A stretch of DNA of 64,000 nt from NCBI GenBank assembly GCA_050613775.1, contig JBODTK010000013.1, forward strand, positions 868,001 to 932,000, written 5' to 3'. This document shows positions 53,570 to 64,000 of the stretch, piece by piece. Within the stretch, counting starts at the first letter, position 1. Every line of letters begins with the position of its first letter. A model generated the notes under the pieces. That model was given only the letters and a program-made list of their open reading frames with translations. It did no database searches and was not told where the DNA came from. Position numbers and translations under genes: made by a program. This DNA is from Neocallimastix sp. 'constans'. Lineage: Eukaryota.

Positions 53570-55200
53570 TTATAATATAAACGGTTTTTTTCATTTCCAT
53601 TATAATATTCATCAAATTCAGATTGACAACCTTGGAAAATAGTAGTAGAAATAGGTTCTAATTTATCTATTGTAATATTTATAATAATAATAGTACTTAA
53701 AGAGGTAAACAATTCTAATTTATTTATTATAGTACTAATGATAGTTGTTTGTTCTAATACAGCATTTATAATAGTTGATTGCTCAATTGTTGTTGTAGTA
53801 ATTTTGATTGATTTTTTCACAAGGTGTATAATTTTTTATAGAGACCTCATAAAGATATATTTAGTTGCCGTGTCTACAAAAAGAATAAACTTTATATCAT
53901 ATATTGTTTAGTTTATATATATATATATATATATATTTATAATATTGTTTTATTATATATATATATATTATGATATTATCTATATTATAAATAATAAAAT
54001 AATAATAATTTGAAAATTATCGTTAATACAATAGTAAATTATTATATTTTATAATTTTAATTTATATTTTAATATGAATAAGTTTTTATATGATCTAAGT
54101 AATTCAAGTAATTCATCATCAATAAAATTAGAAACTATTTTTCTTTATATAAAAAATATTTTTAATTTTTTTTTTACTAATAATAAAAATAATATATGTA
54201 TATATTAGAATAAGAGTATTATAAATAATAATCTAATAGTTGTTTTTTTATTATTATTACTGTAAATTAATAAATTATCAGCAATTACTAATATTTTTTT
54301 TAAAAAAAAAATATTTACATATTCTAAGATGTATTTTCATATTTTTTTGAGAGTTCTTTAATTCCAATATGTTCCAAGTAACTTCAATATTAATATAAAA
54401 TTTTAATTTTTTTTATTACGATTGTTATTATGAATATATGTATAGGCTTTCAAAATTGACCAAGATTTCCAATTTCTTTTGGTATTTTTGTTATTCTATA
54501 TTATTATAATATTTTTTCTGATAAAAACAGAATTATTTTATATAAATAACTAAATGATAATTGATAATAAATATATATATACTAATTATCATAAATTTTA
54601 AAATAATTTAAAAAAAAAAAAGACATACAGTTCTTTTAAATTTTTAGGACTTCCATATGATCGGGATAATTTGAATTTTTTTAAGAGCATCAATAACTAA
54701 AGTAATTATTTATTATAACTATTACATTAAGGTTTTAATATTTTATATAATATAGAATTTCAATACTTTGAGTATGTCAAAATTCAATAGGGAATTCTTC
54801 TACCCTACAAAATGAGAAATAATAAAAATATTTTAATTAATAAATATATTAAAAGTTTTATTGATTGTAATATATATAATATATAACATACAATAAAATA
54901 AAAAATATAAATAAAGATTTATATTCTTTTAAATTTTAAAGTTCATATATTTTAAGTGTAACAATGGAAATTTAATTAATAAAAGACAATTAAATTGATG
55001 AATTATTTAAATTATTTATTTTATATATTACATAGAATATATGGTAAACACAATTACATATATATATATTTTTTTTAAAAAAATATATAAAAAATATATA
55101 ATTTTATATAAATAATAATAATATATATTTACAGATACTCAAGATTTTTAAATTTGCTTAAATTATCTGGATTAGGTTTAATTATATTATTATAGATTTA
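53570..55200 (-). pseudogene. Decayed leucine-rich-repeat gene with a Thr-rich linker and a possible chitin-binding (CBM18) tail remnant
   Basis: Short exon-like pieces, several ending at GT donors: NLSKFKNLEY, CRVEEFPIEF, PKNLKEL, ITKIPKEIGNL. Then TTTTIEQST repeats and GCQSEF. Stops are present. Confidence 0.5.
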
Positions 55201-55293
55201 ATGAATAATAAAATTTTCTTAGAGAATATTTTATTTTTGTTTATAATTGTATTGTTATTTTTATGATAAAATTTCATTTCAATTATTGGAATA

Positions 55294-55625
55294 TAAATAA
55301 TAAATAATAAATAATAAATAATAAATAATAAATAATAAATAATAAATAATAAATAATAAATAATAAATAATAAATAATAAATAATAAATAATAAATAATA
55401 AATAATAAATAATAAATAATAAATAATAAATAATAAATAATAAATAATAAATAATAAATAATAAATAATAAATAATAAATAATAAATAATAAATAATAAA
55501 TAATAAATAATAAATAATAAATAATAAATAATAAATAATAAATAATAAATAATAAATAATAAATAATAAATAATAAATAATAAATAATAAATAATTGAAT
55601 AATAATAAATAAATAATAAATAATT
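55294..55625 (+). repeat. (AATAAAT)n heptamer microsatellite, about 40 perfect units
   Basis: Directly visible; it explains the spurious YYLLFII ORF. Confidence 0.97.
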
Positions 55626-55866
55626 CATTTATTATATATGTAATAAATAATTGATAATAATAATAATAATATAAAAATAGATAAAAACTTTGTTATGACA
55701 AAAAATATTAAAAATTAATAAAAAACAATAATAATAAAATAATATCATCATGTAGCACAAAATTTTGGTATGAAAAAAAAATCAAATTAAAAAAAAAAAT
55801 TATTAATTTATAAAAAATTTTTATTTTCATAAAATAGATATTGGTTTCCACGTTTACTAGTTTAAA

Positions 55867-55901
<35 letters not shown>

Positions 55902-56641
55902 AAAATAAAAAAAAATAATTTAAAATAAAAATAAGATTTATAAAGATATATTACAAAAGATTATATAAAAATGCATATAATGAAAGAAATTTATAAAAAT
56001 AAAAATATACTAATAAATGTATAAAAGATAAAAATAAAATACAAACTATAGATAAAAGATATCTATATATATCTATATCTATATAAATAATTAATAAGAT
56101 GTCTTACTATAATAAATAATAAAAGTGATAAAAAATTCCGAAAAAAAAAAACTTATTATTTATTATTTAATTATTTAATATTTAATTATTTAATTATTTA
56201 TTATCTAATATTTATTATCTAATTATTTATTAGTTATTATTTAAATTATCTCTAAACCAATTAAAATTAAAAATTTTTATTAAAGAATTGAAGGGACTAA
56301 AAAAAAAAAAAAATTAAAAAAAGAAACAAAATTCGTAATTAATAAAAATAAAACCTTTTTTTTTTAATAAATATAAATGATATAAAATTAAATGAATAAA
56401 TAAATAAGACATTAAATAAATATATAATAGATTAATAAATAAATGGATAGATACATAAATAAAAATAAAAATTAGAAAAGTGGATTTCAAACATAAATGG
56501 ATCAATAACCTTAATTAAGATTACGTTACACAATATTACAAAAATTGAAAGAAATTAAATTAGCATAATATAATTTAATATGAAATATAAAAATATATTA
56601 TAAAAATATATATATATTATATAAAAATAATTGAATTTGAT

Positions 56642-56679
<38 letters not shown>

Positions 56680-57170
56680 CCTTCATTTAATTTTTGTTAA
56701 AATTAAATAATTTTTAATATTAAAAATTAAAATTTTAAACGTTTGTTCCATTAATACATTCATAATTTAAAAAAAAAAAAATTTTTTTTTAGTATTATCG
56801 GATGAATGCTAATAAATATATTAAAAAAAAAAAAAAAAAAAAAGAATATTAAATTTAATATTTGATTGTTTTAACATATATATATTATTTTTCTTTTTTC
56901 TTTTTTCTTTTATTTATTTATTTATTTATTTAGAAAAAAATATAAATACTTACATTTTTACTTTTTTTAATTTTTTTTTTTTTTTTAACAATCATTTATA
57001 AAATAAACTTCATTTAAATATATATTAGTATTAATATATTATTTATATATTTATAATAAAATAAATATATAAATTTTTATTTAAGCTTTTATACTCATAA
57101 AAATAAAATAACTTTTAATAAAAATATTAAATTATTTAAATATTTATAGATTAAAATAAAATAATAAAAA

Positions 57171-57430
57171 ATGGGTAAATTAGAATATATTAATAAACGT
57201 TTACTTTTCTATGTTATCATTTGTGGTATTGGTTCCATTGTATATGGTTGGGAAGTCGGTATGTTAAAGTAAGTATTGAGGAAGGATAAATATATATATA
57301 TAACAATAATAAAGTACATAAAAAAAAAAGAGAAATAATTCCATTATATATGTTATTATAAATTATTAATATTCAATATTTTTTTTTTTTTCAATAACTC
57401 ACTAATTTTAAACAATGACAATAACAACAA

Positions 57431-57478
<48 letters not shown>

Positions 57479-58920
57479 AATAATAAAATCAATAAAGTAT
57501 TATCTTCTCAATGAGAGCTTCTTTTGGTAGTCACTTTGGTTTATACAGATTTGATCCAAAAGCTAAAGCTTTCCTTGAAACTGAAGATAAGCCATTCAGA
57601 GAAATGGTTATTACTCCTTCTTTCACCGTTGGTAGTATTTGCGGTGCTATCGTTGTTCTTTATTTAATGGATTCTATTGGTCGTGTCAAATCTTTACGTA
57701 TTGGTTCAGTTGTTTATCTTCTTGGTGCCTTAATTCAAGTTTTCGGTGGTACAGTTTTATTACTTTGTATTGGTCGTTTCATTAGTGGTATTGCTGCTGG
57801 TATTGCTCTTTGTTTATGTCCATTATATATTGCCGAAGTTGCTCCAAAAGAAATTCGTGGTACTCTTGGTATTGTAAATGCTTTAGGTCTTCAAGTTGGT
57901 ATGTTACTTGCTAGTTTACATGATACTTTATGTTTAAAATTAATTACCAAAAATATGACTGCTCAATGGAAGGTTGCTTTAGGTGGTTTATTAATTCCAT
58001 CTGTATTTTTCGTTGTTCTCGTTTGGTTCCTTCCAGAAACTCCACGTTTCTTATTAATGAAAAATAAGGATGATATGGCTCTTAAGAATTTAGCTAAGAT
58101 TCGTGAAAAGGATGAAAAAGATGAAAAGATTGTTCAAGAATTCACTGAAATGAATACCAGACTTAAGGCTGAACTTTCTGAAGGTATAGTTACCTGGCAT
58201 GAAATGTTTAACACTAAAAATATCTTCTATCGTATCGTTATTGTCTGTTTATTACAACTTCTTCACATGCTTGTTGGTGTTAATGCTATTGGTTACTACT
58301 CCACTCAAATTTACAGTAACTATCTTAATATTTCACTTGCTCAATATGGTGCTTGGTTAGCTGTCTTAAACAATCTTATTAGTTTCCTTCTTACTCTTCC
58401 AGCCATGAGATACATTGAAAACTTTGGTAGAAAGCCAATTCTTAAGTGGGGAGCTTTCCTTCTTTGCTGTTGTATGCTTGGTATCTTTGGTTTATGTTAT
58501 CTTGTTGATACTACTAAAAGCAAGCTTTACGGTTGGGCTTGTGTTGTTGTTATGTATCTTTTCAGTGTAATTTACGGTTGGTCATGGAGTTCTGTTGTTT
58601 TCGTCTGGCAAGCTGAAGTCTTCCCAATTCGTATGCGTGCTAAGGCTAACTGTTTAGGTGCTATTGCTCAATGTATTGGTAGTATTATTGTTACTTCCCC
58701 AACCACCACTTTAATGAGATACTTAAATTATTACACTTTCCTAATTTTCGCTGCTTTCTGTTTCATTTCATTCATTTTTGCCTCTCTTTGTATTCGTGAA
58801 ACTAGAGGTTTATCTTTAGAAGAAATGGAACATCTTTATGGTAGCTCTTCTACTCCAGAAGAAAAGAAAGTTGAAAAAGAAATTAAAGAAAAGGCTGCTG
58901 TTAATACTGTAGAAGCTTAA
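57171..58920 (+). CDS. MFS sugar porter family transporter, about 506 aa, 2 exons (57171-57268, 57498-58920)
   Basis: Exon 1 gives TM1 ...GSIVYGWEVGML; the phase-2 GTAAGT...AAG intron joins in frame. Motifs DSIGR, GRFISG, PLYIAEVAPKEIRG, PETPRFL, FGRK, AEVFP and ETRGLSLEE. Strong GGT/GCT/CGT/TTC codon bias. Confidence 0.95.
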
Positions 58921-59387
58921 ATAAATAAAACAAAAAAAAATAACAAAATATAAAAATATAAACAAATCAATAAACAAAATAGAAAGGAATTAAGAAAAAA
59001 TACAAATAAAAAAAACAAAAAATAATAAAAATTAAATAATTATTTGATAATTTAAAAAAAAAAAAAAGTAATTATCAAATAAAAAAAAAAAAAATAGAAA
59101 AAAATAATATATACATAAAAAAAAAACAAAAAGGGTTATGCAATATTTTTGACTGGTAAAAAATATATAAATATATTAATATCATTAAAACAATATTTAT
59201 TTATTATTATCAAAAATTATTTAAATTAGAATATATATTATAGAAATTTAATATATATATATAAAAAGTAAAAGAGATTATTTCTTTTACTTAATATATC
59301 TTCATTATTATAAAAAATAAAATATATTAGTTTTTAAATTAGAAACTTAATATATATTAATAGATAGAATATAATTATATTTTATTA

Positions 59388-59424
<37 letters not shown>

Positions 59425-61064
59425 AACAAAATACATGTATATAATATATATTATTATTATTTAAGCATATGAAATAATGTTAAAATTATTTAGAATCAAA
59501 ACATTATTTACATACATATAAAAAAAATTTTTTTTTTTATGTTAAAATATATATATATATATCGAAATTATAAATATATATATGTATATATTTTAAAAGT
59601 GGTAAAAAAAAAAAAGGGTAAAAATTCAAGAGATGGATATAACCCAAAATTTAAAAGAAAAGAAAAAAAAAATTTTTTTTTTGAAATATATTTTTACTAA
59701 GACATCATGGAAAAAAAAAAATAGATGATGTATTTAAATGAAGTTCATTAAAATAAATAATAATAAAAAAAATAAAAAAATAAAATATAAAAAAATAAAT
59801 AATAATAAAAAATTATAAGTATTAGAAAATTTTGTGATAAATATTTTTATTATTACAAATTGTATTTTCTTTATATATATACAAATGATTTTAATATTAT
59901 TCTAAAATGACTAGAATAGAACATAATTATATATTATTTAAATATATAATTTTTAATAATTTATAGTTTTATCGTAATTGTTCATTTTTTTATTAAGTTT
60001 TATTTTTTATTTTTTAATAGTTTATAATTTATAATTTTTAAACTATTTTTAATAGAAGAATATTCTTATTATAATAACTTTTTTTTTTTATTTAATTAAT
60101 AGTTATTTTTATTATTTATTTATTTTTTATTTTTTTTTATAATTTTCTTATTAATAAAATATTTGTTATTTATTATGTATTTATTCTTAATTCTTAATAA
60201 TTCTTTATAATGTTTATTATTTATTATTTATTATGTATTTATTTTTAATTCTTTATAATTCAATTATTCAATGTTTTTTTTTTTTCTTTATTTCTTATCT
60301 ATTCTTTATTCTTTTAAAAGGCGCTTTTGTATAATATCTACAATATGTAGATATATACTAAAAAAAGAAAAAAAAGAAAAATTTATACTTTTAATTACTT
60401 CATTTTCTTTATTATTAAATATTAAATATTATTTAAATTATTTATTATTTATTATTTATTATTTATTATTTATTTATTTATTATTTAGTATTTATAATTT
60501 ATTTATTATTTATTTATTATTTATTTATTATATTATTTATTTATTTATTATTATTTATTATATATAAATATAGTTCTGATTTTTTTTTTATTGTTTTATA
60601 GTTTAATGACTCATTAACCCAAAAGCATATTGTTTTTGAGAAAATTTTATCTTTTTGAAAAAACAGATAACACAATAAAGTTTTATTTTGTATTATTTTG
60701 TAATTGTATTAATTATTAAAGTTGGTTCTTGGGTAACATTTTTAATGATACAAAGAAGGTAAATTCTTAAACTTAATAAATTTACAGAAAAAAAATTTTT
60801 TTTATTTGAAGCTTATAAAATTTTAATTCTTTTAATTTTAATTTTAAAAAAATTCTTGGGTGTATCATCTACTTTTTTTTTTTATTATAAATAAATAAAT
60901 ATTTATTTATTTATTTACTTATTTTATTTAGGAAGAAATGACTTCATTTAGAATTCATAATACCATAATCATTCTTTAAAAAAAAAAATATTAAAAATAA
61001 AAATATTAAATTATTACTTTAATAAAAAAATTTTTTCAAATTTTTCATATATGAAAATAAAGTT

Positions 61065-61198
61065 AATTTCTTATAATATTATTATCTATGTATCTTAGTA
61101 CAAAATTTTTAATTCAATTCATTGTGTAAGGAATTTCTTATAATATTATTATCTATGTATCTTAGTACAAAATTTTTAATTCAATTCATTGTGTAAGG
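61065..61198 (+). repeat. Perfect 67-bp tandem duplication
   Basis: AATTTCTTATAATATTATTATCTATGTATCTTAGTACAAAATTTTTAATTCAATTCATTGTGTAAGG at 61065-61131 and 61132-61198. Confidence 0.95.
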
Positions 61199-61218
61199 AA
61201 CAAAAATATTAAAAATAA

Positions 61219-61257
<39 letters not shown>

Positions 61258-61338
61258 AAAAGGAATTTAATAAAAAATATATATATATATTTTACATAAA
61301 TTTTCTTAAAATGAATTGTATAAAACACAAATTTGTAT

Positions 61339-61398
<60 letters not shown>

Positions 61399-62779
61399 TG
61401 CTTTTTTCTTTTTTCTTTTTTTTTTTCCTAAATTTTTTATTGGTTCAATGGAAAATAAAAATTTTCTTTTTTTTGTTTATATTATTATTATTATTTTATT
61501 TATTATTATTATTTTATTTATTATTATTTATTTATATATATATATTTTATTATTATTTATTTATATACATATATTTTATTATTATTTTATTTATTTATTA
61601 TTATTTATTTATATATTTTTTATTATTTATTTATTTATATATTTATTTATTTATATTATTTTTATTATTAATTATTTATTATTATTATTTTATTTATTTA
61701 TATTTTTATTTATTTATTTGTTTATTTATATTTTTATTTATTTTTTTATTTTTTTATATTATTTTTATTATTTATTTATATTATTTTTATTATTAATTAT
61801 TTATTATTATTATTTTATTTATTTATATTTTTATTTATTTATTTGTTTATTTATATTTTTATTTATTTTTTTTTATTTTTTTATATTATTTTTATTATTA
61901 TTTTTAATTATTTATAATAATTATTATTATAATTTTTTTTTTTAATACATTTTTATAATTATTAACATTTTATATATTTTTGTTTTCTTTTTACTATTAT
62001 TCTTCTTCTTTTTAATATAAATAGACATAATTCTTTTTTTTTTTTTTTTTTTAGTAATATTAAAATTTAGTTATTAAAATAAAATAAAATAAAAATTAAA
62101 AAAGAAATTTAATTATTCTTTTTTTTTATATATATATTATTTTATTTTATTATATTTTAAAGTTTTAATTATTATTATTTTTATTATTATTATTATTTAA
62201 ATTAAAGTTTTTCATTATATATCAATTTTTTAATTTTTTTTTTTTTTATTTCTTATTTTATTATTAATATTTTATTTTTTTATTTTTTATTTTTTCATTT
62301 CTATTATATTAGTTTTTATTTTTTTATTTTTATTAATTTATTTATTAATTATTTTTTTTTCTGGTTTGTTATTTTCTTTTTCTAATTTTTTTCTTTTTTT
62401 TTCTTCCTTTTTTTTTTTTTTTTTTTTTTTTTTCCATTTCTTATTATATTATTATATTATATTATATTATATTATTAATTATTTTATTATTTATTTTATT
62501 TTATTTTTATTTTATTTTATTTTATTTTATTTTTTATTTTTTATTTTTTTTTTTTTTCTAAAAATTGTTTGTAAATAAAATTTATTAAATATCAAAACTA
62601 TTTATTATGCGTTAGACAGATATTTTTTTCCCTTTCGGTTGTTGTTTTATCTATTTTTTTTTTTTTCTTTTCTTTTACTCTATTTTTTACTTATATCAAA
62701 TTAATAAAATATTAAAATGTAAATTTAAAAATAATAATAATAATAAATATAAGAGAATATATATATATAATTATTCATT

Positions 62780-62811
<32 letters not shown>

Positions 62812-63259
62812 CTTTACTTTTTATTTGATAATTTTTTGTTTGTTTGTATGTTTGTTTATATATATATATAATAAAATATTAATTATTATTATTATTTCGT
62901 AAAACAGTAAATTTTATATTATATTTTTGAATATTATAAAAAAAAATTATATTAAGATAATAGATATTTAACTAAAAATATATAATATACTTTATAAAAA
63001 TAATTTCTTTTTTTCTTATTTTTTTTTTTTTTTTAGAAAAAAAAAAGTTAATTTTATTATTATTATTATTATAAATTTATTATATTTTTTAAAATGATAA
63101 TTATAATTATTATTTAGTATTAAAACGTAGAAGACAATTAATTTTTTAAGAAAAAAAAAAAAAGGAAAGTAAAAAAAAACTTAAAAATTATTATTATTAC
63201 TTTTTTATTTTTTTTTTCCCCTTTCCTTTCCTTTTTTTTTTTTTTTTTTTTGTAATTTA

Positions 63260-64000
63260 TTAATGATCCATAGATAAACTTCCCAATACTTCATCCAAAA
63301 ATGAAGGTCCAATATCACATTGAATCATACTTGGTTTTGTGTAACGAGTAGCAATATCATCTAATGATAAATTATGAATATCATCAAACATTTGTTTTAA
63401 ATTGGTATCATAGATACTTGATTTTCTATTTTTGGATTCTTCAGTATTATCATCAGTCTTTTCTTTATCCTCAATAACAATAGAATTATCAAGATTTAAT
63501 TCAATCATTCTTTGTTGTGGAGAATAATCAGAAGCTTTCTTAGTTGAGGTTAGATTTTCTTTATTTTCTTTAGATAAAGGTAAACTACCTACAGATCTTG
63601 AAGCTAAATCGTGTTTATAAAAGCTTGGTCTTTCGAATTTTGGTTTATCTTCAAATTTGTAAATAATTGTACTTCTTGGAGAATCCACGGTATCTTCCCT
63701 AGCAAGTGGGTTAACAGCAGTAACTACAGCTTTTGGTTTAGAGTAAGACTTTCTTCTTTCAGTTTCTAAATCGACAAAATTGAATGGATTAACAAGTGGG
63801 GAAGGAACATCGGGAATTGGTGATGTTGAACGATCTACTGAGGATGAAAGCATACGTTGAACCATCATAATAGATACGAAATCATCATTTTCAACACTAC
63901 CATTGGTATAATTTCTAGTTAAATTGTCTTCACTTAAAGGTTTCTTAACATTATTTATTGGGATGGATTCAGTCTTTGGAACAGTAGAAGTAGCATCATT
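63260..64000 (-). CDS. 3' end of a Ser/Thr/Pro-rich disordered protein ending in a BORG/CDC42EP BD3-like motif (5'-truncated)
   Basis: Frame open from base 64000 to the stop at 63260, with coding-like composition. C-terminus SMIQCDIGPSFLDEVLGSLSMDH. Confidence 0.85.
   Translation of the reverse strand, partial: NDATSTVPKTESIPINNVKKPLSEDNLTRNYTNGSVENDDFVSIMMVQRMLSSSVDRSTSPIPDVPSPLVNPFNFVDLETERRKSYSKPKAVVTAVNPLAREDTVDSPRSTIIYKFEDKPKFERPSFYKHDLASRSVGSLPLSKENKENLTSTKKASDYSPQQRMIELNLDNSIVIEDKEKTDDNTEESKNRKSSIYDTNLKQMFDDIHNLSLDDIATRYTKPSMIQCDIGPSFLDEVLGSLSMDH

Noticed and set aside
55182..55628. 148-aa ORF of YYLLFII repeats
   Set aside because: Translation of the (AATAAAT)n microsatellite antisense strand; no coding signal.
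61311..62578. Hydrophobic F/I/Y/L ORFs (161, 209 and 70 aa)
   Set aside because: They arise from (TTTA)n/(TTA)n low-complexity DNA that lacks stops by composition.

Overview
Extremely AT-rich eukaryotic DNA with long poly(A)/poly(T) and (AAT)n/(AATAAAT)n tracts and GT-AG introns. Composition and gene content suggest an anaerobic gut fungus (Neocallimastigomycota); this is an inference, not a database result. The window holds two LTR-retrotransposon graveyards: Ty3/Gypsy chromovirus pieces at 1-4.1 kb and nested Ty1/Copia relics at 29.8-35.8 kb. A mosaic of decayed gene fragments (ankyrin, Copia RNase H, S8 protease, LRR) lies at 51.6-55.2 kb. There are eight apparently intact host genes. Five I spliced by hand: a single-pass Asn-rich membrane protein, a CDF zinc transporter, a 12-exon Mn-motif repeat protein resembling SAXO/TEX45 ciliary microtubule inner proteins, a small 2W-hairpin (Ies4/BCL7-like) protein that needs a 5-nt microexon, and a sugar porter. 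Two are intronless: a bacterial-type ArsB/NhaD permease (HGT candidate) and an N4BP2-like kinase with an RGG tail. The last is the 3' end of a gene finishing in a BORG/CDC42EP BD3-like septin-binding motif. Family calls rest on motif recognition by eye; no searches were run.
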